Part shown: positions 26,837 to 35,377 of the stretch, in pieces
How the letters are laid out: the number at the start of each line of letters is the position of its first letter
Position numbering within the stretch: position 1 is the first letter of the stretch
Assembly: GCA_017625935.1 (NCBI GenBank)
Contig: JAGALA010000001.1
Location: 34,473 to 98,472, forward strand
Length of the DNA stretch: 64,000 nt
Direction: 5' to 3'
DNA from: Clostridia bacterium
Lineage (GTDB): Bacteria > Bacillota > Clostridia > Oscillospirales > CAG-272
Notes under the pieces: generated by a model
What the model was told of the DNA's origin: nothing
Databases searched by the model: none
The model's input: only the letters and a program-made list of their open reading frames with translations
Translations under genes and position numbers: made by a program

Positions 26837-27631
26837 TTACTTTAAAATATCAAGCAGCTCGCGGCCACTTTCCATCACGTAGCTCGGCTTATCGGGGGAT
26901 TTTTCAAGAATTTCCCTTGTTGTCTCACCCGAAAGCACCAAAATTGTCGACACGTCTGCCCTGATTCCGCTTTTTATGTCGGTGTAAATTCTATCACCGA
27001 TGACAACCGTTTCTTCCTTTGTGTAACCCCATTTGTCCATTGCCAAAATGGGCATTAGCGGCTCGGGCTTGCCGATAACAAGCGGACGCCTGCCCGATAC
27101 GTTATATAGCATATCGCAAACGCTGCCGCAGTCGGGCACGGAGCCAAACTCGGTTGGACAAACGTAGTCGGGGTTTGTCGCAATATACGGTATATTCTCT
27201 CTTAAAAGCAGTAATTTAGACACGTCCTCAAGCTTTTTGAAGGTCAATTCGGTGTCAAAGCCCATCACCACCACGTCAACCTTTTCAAGCTCGTCGGTGA
27301 TTTCAAAGCCCTGCCCGCGTATCTCCGCCTTCAGTGATTCCGTTCCGCAAACGTACAGCACCTTGCCCCGATAATTCTTTTTCAGGTAATAGCCCGTTGC
27401 CTGCGACGAGGTGATAAAATCGTCCTCTTCCGCGTGAATGCCCAAGCGAGCGAGCTTTTTTATGTAGTCGGAAACACTCTTTGACGAGTTATTCGTCATA
27501 AACATATATTTGCCGCCGCGCGCTTTAATTGTCGCAAGCAGCTCGTTTGTAAAATCATATAAGCGCTCACCAAGATAGAGCGTGCCGTCCATATCGAAAA
27601 GAAACAGCTTTTTTTCCTTTAGCTTCTCCAT
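26837..27631 (-). CDS. HAD-IIA family hydrolase (NagD-like sugar phosphatase)
   Basis: 264 aa with the motifs FDMDGTLYLG, MTNNSS, GKPEP and IGDRIYTDI. Confidence 0.85.
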   Translation of the reverse strand: MEKLKEKKLFLFDMDGTLYLGERLYDFTNELLATIKARGGKYMFMTNNSSKSVSDYIKKLARLGIHAEEDDFITSSQATGYYLKKNYRGKVLYVCGTESLKAEIRGQGFEITDELEKVDVVVMGFDTELTFKKLEDVSKLLLLRENIPYIATNPDYVCPTEFGSVPDCGSVCDMLYNVSGRRPLVIGKPEPLMPILAMDKWGYTKEETVVIGDRIYTDIKSGIRADVSTILVLSGETTREILEKSPDKPSYVMESGRELLDILK

Positions 27632-27641
27632 TTTTACCGCC

Positions 27642-27857
27642 TCAATGCTTAATTACGGAATGGAACTCAAATCCGTTACAGGTTGTCAACCAGTTGGTTT
27701 CAAGGTTCCAGTATCCCTTTCTGTTCATGCACTTGCCCTTTGCGTGCAAGTCAAAAATTTCAGCTCTGCCAAAAAACGCATTAAACGTCCTCGGTCCTGC
27801 CCACCAAACGCAGTTCGCGCACCATTTGTATGAGGTATTTACAGGTGTTGATGCCAT
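27642..27857 (-). CDS. Small Cys/Trp-rich hypothetical protein
   Basis: 71 aa, lying 10 nt upstream of the HAD gene, with 5 Cys (C.NC...C...C). No family was recognised. Confidence 0.5.
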   Translation of the reverse strand: MASTPVNTSYKWCANCVWWAGPRTFNAFFGRAEIFDLHAKGKCMNRKGYWNLETNWLTTCNGFEFHSVIKH

Positions 27858-27951
27858 AATTTTCTCCTTAAGCTATAAAATTTGAGGCAACGCCTCGTTT
27901 TTTCTTATTATATCATATGTACCGTTATTTTTCAACATAAATAACACGCTA

Positions 27952-27980
27952 TTGACTTTTGCAGATATATATGATAAAAT
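27952..27980 (+). promoter_or_regulatory. SigA-type promoter of the LRR lipoprotein gene
   Basis: TTGACT (27952-57), a 17-nt spacer, then TAAAAT (27975-80). The ORF-track TTG start at 27952 is actually the -35 box. Confidence 0.6.
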
Positions 27981-28014
27981 TTTTACGATATTTTATCATA
28001 AAGAAGGATATTTT

Positions 28015-29445
28015 ATGAAGCTTAGAATTATTTCACTTTTGCTTATTTCCACCCTATGCGTTTTGCTTCTTGCCTCGTGCGGTAGCGGTGACACAGGCAC
28101 AAACGTCACCATAGGTGACTTGCTCAGCGGCGGCTCAAAGGGGCTTGCTTACGAGGTGTCAAGCGAAAATCCAAATGAATGTACAATAACGGACATCGGC
28201 ACCTGCACAGATAAGGACATCGTCGTGCCATCGCAAATTGACGGCAAGCGCGTTGTTGGAATTGCAGACGGTGCTTTTTCCGCTAAAAAGTCGGTTGCTC
28301 CTGCTCCGCGCGCTGCTCGTGCGCGCAATTTAGCGACACAGGGTGACGAATTTTATTCAACCGTTCTTCCCGATGACTTGTTTGACGACACAAGCAATTC
28401 AACCGCGCCCGAGGAAATTGAAAGCGTAACGTTGCCGCTTTCGGTTAGGGAAATCGGTGAGGAAGCATTTCTCGGCTGCGAAAATCTTGAAACGATCACC
28501 ACGACCCAAAGCATCACCTCCATCGGCAAGGATGCATTCAAGGATACGGCGTACTTCAACAATCAAGAAAACTGGGAAAATGGCGCACTTTATTTAAGCT
28601 CCTATCTTATCACGGTAAGCACAACCTACACAGGAGAATTTACTGTCAAGGAGGGCACAACCATAATTGCCGACCACGCGTTCAACAGCTGCGTTCAGCT
28701 CACCAAGGTTAACCTTGCAGATTCTGTTACCGCGGTTGGAAATTACGCATTTTACGGCTGCACCTCATTTTCTTACATCACAAGTGCAGGCGGCAACCTA
28801 AATTACGTTGTTGGCGAGGGTGCGTTTGACGGGTGCGTCTCCTATAAGGATTTTATTCCCGTTTTCCCAAATCCCTCACCGAACCCCGATGAAAAGCCCG
28901 AGGAGCCAAGCGAGCCCGAATCACTCTACGATGCTTTAACAAAAGAGATTTTCGATGCGGTAAAAGCATCGCGCTACGATAATTACACCGCGGTTACAAT
29001 GCGCGGTGCAGATCTTAAAGAAACTTATAAAGCAAGCGGAGCTCGGTATTACTTCACCCGTGAGGAAAACGGCGAGCTCGTGCGCGAAATGTATGCAGAC
29101 ACGGACGAGAACGGACTTGTTAATTATATGAAAGCGGACGGCAAATGGCACTTTACAACCGCAAGCATTGAACTTTCCCCTTATATTCCCGACGAGCTTG
29201 AATTTGAAATGCTTCAGCTGATTGACGATGTAAATAATGTCTATGGCTACTATGCACCCGAAAATCCCGAGATGCGCATTGAGATAGGCATCAAGGGCGA
29301 CAAGCTTGTTTATCTTTGCTACCAAACCCCGGACTATCAAATAAGAACAGACTATACCGATTTTGACAAAACCGTAATAGACGGATATTCGCATGATGAC
29401 TTTGTCCCGGGCATCACACTTGACCACAACGGAAATCCAATCTAA
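28015..29445 (+). CDS. Lipoprotein with BspA-type leucine-rich repeats (LRR_5)
   Basis: The start is MKLRIISLLL...LLASCGSG (lipobox) after the RBS aagaagga. The LRR units include IGEEAFLGCENLETI, ITSIGKDAFKDT, IADHAFNSCVQLTKV and VTAVGNYAFYGCTSF. Confidence 0.85.
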   Translation: MKLRIISLLLISTLCVLLLASCGSGDTGTNVTIGDLLSGGSKGLAYEVSSENPNECTITDIGTCTDKDIVVPSQIDGKRVVGIADGAFSAKKSVAPAPRAARARNLATQGDEFYSTVLPDDLFDDTSNSTAPEEIESVTLPLSVREIGEEAFLGCENLETITTTQSITSIGKDAFKDTAYFNNQENWENGALYLSSYLITVSTTYTGEFTVKEGTTIIADHAFNSCVQLTKVNLADSVTAVGNYAFYGCTSFSYITSAGGNLNYVVGEGAFDGCVSYKDFIPVFPNPSPNPDEKPEEPSEPESLYDALTKEIFDAVKASRYDNYTAVTMRGADLKETYKASGARYYFTREENGELVREMYADTDENGLVNYMKADGKWHFTTASIELSPYIPDELEFEMLQLIDDVNNVYGYYAPENPEMRIEIGIKGDKLVYLCYQTPDYQIRTDYTDFDKTVIDGYSHDDFVPGITLDHNGNPI

Positions 29446-29460
29446 GCCCAAAAAAGCAAC

Positions 29461-29510
29461 AAAAAGACCTCAAATGAGGTCTTTTTTAGTTAAAATATAG
29501 ACACAGGGTC
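29461..29510. repeat. 50-bp terminator-containing module, copy 1 (46/50 identical to 30264-30313)
   Basis: The sequence is aaaaagacctcaaatgaggtcttttttagttaaaatatagacacagggtc, containing the bidirectional terminator hairpin agacctc / gaggtct. Confidence 0.8.
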
Positions 29511-30138
29511 AAGAATTTTCCCCTTTTTCGCGCTTGCTGACAACCTTTTTCTGCCAGGATTTTTGACTGCATTTCGGGCAGCGCATATATCTCGTTCTTC
29601 CCATATGCGCAGAAAAAGTGATTGCCTTTCCGCTTGGCACGTAGCGATGTCCGCATTTTCCGCACTCATAGTAGCCTGCCACCTGCTCGATTTTCATCGC
29701 GGCAATGATGCCAACGATGGCAGGAACAACGCCCAAAAGTGAAATAACCACCCTTTGCCACTCATCAATTTCTAAAAGTGATGCCAAAATTATCGGCACA
29801 AGCAAAACACCCACCGAAAGGATACCAATCACCCATTCAAGTGCAAGCAAGCGCCTGTCCGCTATCTCCTTCTCCTTTATCGCATCTAAAAGATTCTTTT
29901 CCATTTTTTCATTATAATTTTCCATTGAAACAACCTCCCCACTTAATAAGTCGTTTGCACTTATGCCGAGCGCGGTGCAAAGCTCAAGCATAATTGACGA
30001 GTCGGGCATTGAACGTCCCGTCTCCCATTTTGACACCGCCCTGTCCGTTACGTTTAATAGCTCGGCTAATTCCGCCTGCGTTAAATTTTTCTTTTTGCGC
30101 TGAAGCGCTATAAATTTTCCTATCTTTCCTAAGTCCAT
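29509..30138 (-). CDS. XRE HTH - transmembrane - zinc-ribbon protein (membrane-tethered regulator)
   Basis: 209 aa with an N-terminal HTH_3 (LTQAELAELLNVTDRAVSKWETGR), two TM helices and a C-terminal C..C-N17-C..C. Confidence 0.8.
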   Translation of the reverse strand: MDLGKIGKFIALQRKKKNLTQAELAELLNVTDRAVSKWETGRSMPDSSIMLELCTALGISANDLLSGEVVSMENYNEKMEKNLLDAIKEKEIADRRLLALEWVIGILSVGVLLVPIILASLLEIDEWQRVVISLLGVVPAIVGIIAAMKIEQVAGYYECGKCGHRYVPSGKAITFSAHMGRTRYMRCPKCSQKSWQKKVVSKREKGENS

Positions 30139-30263
30139 AGCTGCCTCCTTTCGCTATCAGTATATCAATCTGACGTGAAATATTCAACATACCGTTGGTT
30201 GAGTGTGGGTTTTTCAACAAGCGGTAGTGTTTTTATTATATCACAAAATCAGCGCATCAACCA

Positions 30264-30313
30264 AAAAAGACCTCAAGTGAGGTCTTTTTTAGTTAAAATT
30301 CAGACACAAGGTC
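30264..30313. repeat. 50-bp terminator-containing module, copy 2
   Basis: The sequence is aaaaagacctcaagtgaggtcttttttagttaaaattcagacacaaggtc. Confidence 0.8.
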
Positions 30314-30319
30314 GCATTT

Positions 30320-30796
30320 TTATATCAAAAGCGCCAATCCCAAAAACGGGAAAACACATCCTACGGGAATTGCAACAGTTGAAACAATCTTAGCTGCTTT
30401 ATAAAAGCCGTTTTCGCGGTTGCCAAGCTCTATATGCCTTTTTGCGTATTTCTTGCTAAGTGATGTGAATACGATAAACGCAGGTAAAAATACAAAAAGA
30501 TTAAGTATCGGAATCACACAGTATATCGCAAAAAGCAAAGCGCCAACTCCAAATGCAAAGCCCATAATGGAATATTTTAATCTATTTTTGGGCTTACCCG
30601 ACGGACAGCTTGTTTGCTCCGCTCGTTCCTCTGCTTGCTCCGTTGTGTCGTTTATCTGCTCAGTTTCAGCCACACACTCGCATGGTGCTTCCGCTTTCTC
30701 ATTTTCCGCTTCTTCCACGCTTGCGCTCTTGCCGCAATTTATGCAAAACTTGTGCTCATCCTTTAACTGCGCACCGCAAAATCCGCAATATTTCAT
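30320..30796 (-). CDS. Zinc-ribbon N-terminal, multi-TM membrane protein
   Basis: 158 aa. It starts MKYCGFCGAQLKDEHKFCINCG, followed by an acidic linker and 3-4 TM helices. Confidence 0.75.
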   Translation of the reverse strand: MKYCGFCGAQLKDEHKFCINCGKSASVEEAENEKAEAPCECVAETEQINDTTEQAEERAEQTSCPSGKPKNRLKYSIMGFAFGVGALLFAIYCVIPILNLFVFLPAFIVFTSLSKKYAKRHIELGNRENGFYKAAKIVSTVAIPVGCVFPFLGLALLI

Positions 30797-30876
30797 ATTA
30801 ATCCCTCCTTTAATATATCTTCAATTACATCATAGCACATTATTTTTCATTTTTCAAGTGCTTCATTTTCTTAACG

Positions 30877-30912
30877 CAAAAACAGAATTTCGTCACCGAA
30901 ATTCTGTTTTTT
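30877..30912 (-). terminator. Cassette terminator (family AACAGAATTTCG-N4-CGAAATTCTGTT), copy 1
   Basis: A 12-bp stem sits between flanking A and T runs. The same hairpin recurs at 43040-67 and 56343-70, each just after a micro-ORF stop. Confidence 0.8.
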
Positions 30913-30916
30913 ATTT

Positions 30917-31057
30917 TTAGTTTTTGAAGATGCTGCTTGCGTTTATGATAAAATCCGCAGAGCCGTCCTCGTTTTTATTCATTATTACCTCACCCGACAT
31001 TATAATGTCACAGGCTTCAAGCAAGGCTTTTTCGTACATAGGAGAAACGTATTTCAT
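30917..31057 (-). CDS. Cassette micro-ORF 1 (46 aa, tail type 1)
   Basis: The product is MKYVSPMYEKALLEACDIIMSGEVIMNKNEDGSADFIINASSIFKN. Its ATG overlaps the TGA of 31054..32688 (caATGA). Four paralogs exist, and against copy 5 there are 10 synonymous versus 4 non-synonymous codon differences. Confidence 0.7.
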   Translation of the reverse strand: MKYVSPMYEKALLEACDIIMSGEVIMNKNEDGSADFIINASSIFKN

Positions 31058-32688
31058 TGTGCGCTCACTCCGTTTTTAGCATCAACTATTGCTTTTACGT
31101 CATTATATGAAGCAAAGAAGTATTTTGCACCCGCCTCGGGTGTGCCGTCCTGCAAGTATGCATACTCGGTTGCGCCGCCCTTACTTGTCTTAACGTACGC
31201 GCCCATTGCAAGGTCAATGTCAACCTGCTTGTCCGTAAAGCCTACTATTTTAAGGTTGAAAATATCAAAGTCTGTGCCTGTGATATCCGCGGCTATAACA
31301 CCTTCAAGTGCTTTTTCGTCTGCATCAAAGATATCGTTTGTCTTAATTACGTCTGCCAAAACCGCGAACACGCCGTAGTTAACTGTCTTGCCCGTTGCTT
31401 TCTCGTATTCTTCAATCGCCGTCTTGTTTACCTTAAAGCCTATGGACATTCCTCCGCCTGAATATTCAGCCGCTGAGAAGCCGAGATTTGTAAAGAGCGC
31501 GGGCATTGGGGTTGTTATATTATGCTTGCAGCCCTCGTTTGTGCAGCTTACTGTTTTTGTGCCTGCCGCATCAAAGCTTGCGTATGAAATTGAGGCAAGC
31601 TCACTATGAACGGGGTTTTCCTTTGGCACGTTTACAGAGCCACAGCGTGTGCAATTCAAGACGCAAGGATTGGTGTCGTTTACATGCTCACTGTTATAGT
31701 AATACTCACAATGGTTGCCTATCGTTATAGTTGCCGCGCCATAGTTAGGGCTTACATATTTTCTCATATCCGCAACAACGTCATCCTCAATATTGCCTGT
31801 ATAAACAAACTCACTCAGATAAAATGTCATATCAAAGGCGTTTGAATCAATGCTTGTCATATCCTTATGGATTACTATCGTATTCAAGCCCGTACAGTAC
31901 GAGAACTGATTTGATTTAAGCGTTGTTATTCCCAACGGCACAACAAAGGTTCCTATTGATTTCATTTCGGAAATTGAGCCCATATATGTAACCGAGTCGG
32001 GCAAATACAGTGTTTTAAGTGAGCCAAGACCGTTTTGAAAGGTTGTACCGCCACCACCGCCACCGCCGAAATATTCAAAGCCCTCCGGGAAAATTAATTC
32101 CTCTAAGTTCGGGCAGTTGTAAAATTGGTTCGCTTCCGTTCTTTTCAAGCTCTGCGCATTCGACATATCAATGGTTTTAAGCGAAGAGCAGCCGTAAAAT
32201 GCATATCCGCCAATGCTAACGCAGTCTCTTGGAACGTTCGTCCACTCAAGACCGTGAGCGCAATAAAACATATTTCCGCTGATTTCCGTCAACGTGTCAG
32301 GAAAAAGCACATATTTAATGTCGTTATAATTATTAAAAACATCTCCGGTTACCTTATGCACGTTATGCGGTATTTCGGCACGGATAACGCTTGTTTTTCC
32401 ATAGTATTTTCCCGTTAAGGAATTAAGCTGCGAAAAATCCGTGGTTGTGTTGACGCTATTTGTGAAAACGTAGTAGGCGGGATACGTATGGTATTCCGTT
32501 CCGTCAAACAGCACTACTCTTGTTGTGTAGGTATCTGCCCTGCCGTCATCGCCGAATACCGATTTTTCATCCATTCCCGGAACGATTTCCGCTTCACCGA
32601 ATTCATTTGTCGCCGCCGCGCCTGCCGTAGCAATAAACAAGCACAGAAGCATACTTATAATTACCAATGTTAAAGTGATTTTCTTCAT
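31054..32688 (-). CDS. Secreted LRR / Cys-rich protein with conserved C-terminal domain (family copy 1)
   Basis: 544 aa with Sec signal MKKITLTLVIISMLLCLFIATAGAAA, LRR_5 units, a G7 stretch, a C-rich segment and a CTD that runs from PALFTNLGFSAAEYSGGGMSIGFKVN to ...YFFASYNDVKAIVDAKNGVSAQ. Confidence 0.9.
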   Translation of the reverse strand: MKKITLTLVIISMLLCLFIATAGAAATNEFGEAEIVPGMDEKSVFGDDGRADTYTTRVVLFDGTEYHTYPAYYVFTNSVNTTTDFSQLNSLTGKYYGKTSVIRAEIPHNVHKVTGDVFNNYNDIKYVLFPDTLTEISGNMFYCAHGLEWTNVPRDCVSIGGYAFYGCSSLKTIDMSNAQSLKRTEANQFYNCPNLEELIFPEGFEYFGGGGGGGTTFQNGLGSLKTLYLPDSVTYMGSISEMKSIGTFVVPLGITTLKSNQFSYCTGLNTIVIHKDMTSIDSNAFDMTFYLSEFVYTGNIEDDVVADMRKYVSPNYGAATITIGNHCEYYYNSEHVNDTNPCVLNCTRCGSVNVPKENPVHSELASISYASFDAAGTKTVSCTNEGCKHNITTPMPALFTNLGFSAAEYSGGGMSIGFKVNKTAIEEYEKATGKTVNYGVFAVLADVIKTNDIFDADEKALEGVIAADITGTDFDIFNLKIVGFTDKQVDIDLAMGAYVKTSKGGATEYAYLQDGTPEAGAKYFFASYNDVKAIVDAKNGVSAQ

Positions 32689-32733
32689 TTTTCTCTCCTT
32701 TTTTATTTTATATATTTGCGTGGGATAACAAAA

Positions 32734-33819
32734 TTAATAAAGCTCCTTCGGTATTTCCATTAGCTCGCCGCCGCGCCTTGCGGACTCGTTGGCTATTATT
32801 CCGGGCAAGGAAATTCTAATTCCCATATCAACGTCAATCGGTGGGTCGGTGTCCTCTATGATACATCTGATAAAATCGCGTATCATTTTAGCGTCCACGC
32901 CGCCGTGACCGTACACGTCGTCCGTTTCAGAGAGCTTTACGGGAATTTCAAAATACTTTTCAAAGGTGTTTGGCACCTCATACATTTTTGCAAAGGAGGT
33001 TGCTTCCTCAAGCGGTTTGGTTTTGTCGGTAAGAATAGAGCCGCGCGTTCCGTACATCGCAAAATTGTGTTCATAGCCAACGTACATGCCGAAGCCGATA
33101 AAAATGCGAATTACCGCACCCTTGGCGGTTTTGAAAATTGCTATTCCGTTTTCATCACCCACGCTATGCTCGTTATATTTTGCGGCAGTCGGCACCATAC
33201 AGGAAACGCTGACGGCGTAGTCGTCCATTATGTAAAGAAGCGGTCCTAAATTGTGTGTCAAATACGTTATCGCATTGTTGTATTTGCGCCAATGGCTATC
33301 CTTTTCGTACGGCTTAATATCGTCGGGATGAATTGCGTGCAAATACTCGCTCTCCGCATATAGAATTTCGCCGAATTTTCCGTCCTCACGCATTTTTTTC
33401 CAAGCCTTGATAAAAGCCCAATAGAAGCAATTTTCGCCCGCCATATATTTTAGCTCGGGATGCGATTTTACCGCATCGCGCAAAGCTTTTGCTTCCTCAA
33501 GCGTTTCAATTACGGGAATTTCACTTAAAACGTGCTTCCCTGCTTCAAGCGCCATTATCGTATGCTTTGTATGAAGCGGCTTGTCGGTTGCGATATAAAC
33601 CGCGTCAATATCGCTCTTCAAAAGCTCCTCTATGCTGTCAAATGCAAGCAAATCCGTCACTCCGTTTTTAGCGTAGTCCTCGCAGCACGCCTTCAAAACC
33701 TCGGGGTCGCTGTCCGCAACCGCGCGAATGACAACATTTTCATCTCCTATCAGCGTCCAAGCAACGTATGCTCCTCTTTTTAAGCCCACAACGCCTAATT
33801 TTATTACCTTATTTTCCAT
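32734..33819 (-). CDS. Gfo/Idh/MocA family oxidoreductase
   Basis: 361 aa with the N-terminal Rossmann motif KLGVVGLKRGAY, an EKP-like motif (TDKPL) and a typical C-terminal alpha/beta domain. Confidence 0.85.
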   Translation of the reverse strand: MENKVIKLGVVGLKRGAYVAWTLIGDENVVIRAVADSDPEVLKACCEDYAKNGVTDLLAFDSIEELLKSDIDAVYIATDKPLHTKHTIMALEAGKHVLSEIPVIETLEEAKALRDAVKSHPELKYMAGENCFYWAFIKAWKKMREDGKFGEILYAESEYLHAIHPDDIKPYEKDSHWRKYNNAITYLTHNLGPLLYIMDDYAVSVSCMVPTAAKYNEHSVGDENGIAIFKTAKGAVIRIFIGFGMYVGYEHNFAMYGTRGSILTDKTKPLEEATSFAKMYEVPNTFEKYFEIPVKLSETDDVYGHGGVDAKMIRDFIRCIIEDTDPPIDVDMGIRISLPGIIANESARRGGELMEIPKELY

Positions 33820-35236
33820 ATTCTAAATCCTTTTTATCACCCTTGCGTAATTTTTTACGCACTAATACGAAATAAAATATCACACCTATCGATATTGGAA
33901 CAAGCTCCGCCAGGGTTGTGCCAAACCAAAGCCCCATATATCCAAGCTTCAGTAAAACGCCGAACACAACCGCCAAGCCAATTCTTGCGACAATAGCATC
34001 AAGCAACGCAACTATTAGGTTAATCCGCTTATTTCCGCTTCCGTCAATCAGCGCTCGTGTCACAGGTCTTACCCCTGCATTCACCAAGGAAAAAATCAAA
34101 ATCGGCAAATACGGTCGCACTAACGCGAGAACGTCATTTTCCTTTGTAAATATCCCAAAAATAGACACAGGGTACGCCAAAAATAGAAATATAAGCACCG
34201 CGGAAATTGACAAAGTAATAATGCCTACACGGATTAGCGTTCCGTTTACACGCTTTAGTTTTCCCGCCGCGATATTCTGCCCTATTATCATAGCTCCCGC
34301 CGTTGATACCGAGCCGAGAATCAAATCAACGGTGGTGGCAATATTCGCCCGTATGCCTCCAAAGGCGGAAACCGTCACGCCATAATCATTTATCATCGCG
34401 TTTATTACCATTCCTGCAATTTGAATGGCGGAGTTGTTTATCGCCATAGGAATTGCAAGCTTAACAAATTTTGAAAGCTCTCTTTTGTCCCATCTGCAAA
34501 AGTCTTTGATTTTTATATTCAGCCCAAACGCTTCACGCTTCCTTGCAAAAACTATGAAGGAAAGCAAAACGCTCACAAGCTGAGCAATAACGGTTGCTAT
34601 CGCCGCACCGCCAACGCCCATATCAAGTCCAAGGACGAAAGCCACATCCAAGACAATATTGAGTCCGCAAGCAAAGGCAATAAATATAAACGGATGCTTT
34701 GCATCCCCTAAGCCTCTGAATATCGCGCTTACAATATGATAAAAATATATGGGTACTATGCCCAAAATGCAAATTCGCGCATATTCGCGCGCACCTGCAT
34801 ATGCTTCGCTCGGGGTGTTAAGTAAATTAAGCATCGTGTCGGTAAACGGCAGCATTATAAATATAGATGCAATAGCAACAACGAAAATAAAACTGCATAC
34901 TGTGCTTATAAATTTTGATATATGCTTCTGCTTGCCAGACCCTATCATCATCGCTATAATAACCTGCGCGGCAGATGAAAAGCCGCCTATAAAGGCGTTT
35001 AAGAACATAGCAACGGAGCCGCCTATCGACACAGATGACGTGCCTACCTCGCCAAGCCTTTGCCCTACCACTATCATATCCACAGTGTTGAGCAGAATCA
35101 TCATAAAATGAGAAAGCAACACAGGGATGGCAAATTTAATCAGGTGAGACGTCAAATTCCCCTCTGTGAATATTCTAATTTCAGTACCTTTTTTCACACC
35201 GTTCAACCGTAACACCTCTAAAGTAAAATGCTCCAA
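33809..35236 (-). CDS. MATE family efflux transporter
   Basis: 475 aa with 12 predicted TM helices and the N-terminal pattern P.LLS.....L.NTVDMIVVG typical of MATE/MatE. It overlaps the downstream gene by 11 nt. Confidence 0.85.
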   Translation of the reverse strand: MEHFTLEVLRLNGVKKGTEIRIFTEGNLTSHLIKFAIPVLLSHFMMILLNTVDMIVVGQRLGEVGTSSVSIGGSVAMFLNAFIGGFSSAAQVIIAMMIGSGKQKHISKFISTVCSFIFVVAIASIFIMLPFTDTMLNLLNTPSEAYAGAREYARICILGIVPIYFYHIVSAIFRGLGDAKHPFIFIAFACGLNIVLDVAFVLGLDMGVGGAAIATVIAQLVSVLLSFIVFARKREAFGLNIKIKDFCRWDKRELSKFVKLAIPMAINNSAIQIAGMVINAMINDYGVTVSAFGGIRANIATTVDLILGSVSTAGAMIIGQNIAAGKLKRVNGTLIRVGIITLSISAVLIFLFLAYPVSIFGIFTKENDVLALVRPYLPILIFSLVNAGVRPVTRALIDGSGNKRINLIVALLDAIVARIGLAVVFGVLLKLGYMGLWFGTTLAELVPISIGVIFYFVLVRKKLRKGDKKDLEYGK

Positions 35237-35377
35237 TATTAGTTTAACAAAAAGAAATTGGTAAGTAAATGCAAATTTTCGTGTTTGTTTTGTAAAAAAT
35301 CCATAATATATTTTTTATTCTTGACAAAGCTTATTTGAAAAATATATAATTAAATAAAGAAATCAGGGGAGGTTGCT

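Noticed and set aside
27952-28014. N-terminal extension of the LRR lipoprotein (track start TTG at 27952)
   Set aside because: The TTG is the first base of a TTGACT -35 box (with TAAAAT at 27975-80). A proper RBS plus ATG at 28015 gives a canonical lipoprotein signal peptide.
28936-29451. Minus-strand ORF of 171 aa, plus other long antisense ORFs (for example 11284..11637, 37724..38110 and 33918..34385)
   Set aside because: Each is fully antisense to a gene with a strong domain signature. They arise from codon-position bias and lack RBSs and recognisable motifs.
31142-31378. Plus-strand ORFs MP(S/T)...VKP.I...K.SK.VPVISAAITP... recurring at 31142, 36537, 41410, 43354, 51590 and 56646
   Set aside because: They lie exactly antisense to the conserved C-terminal-domain coding region of the six cassette genes. 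Their conservation is a mirror of the sense-strand conservation. They lack RBSs and have low-complexity, Ser/Pro/Ala-rich composition.
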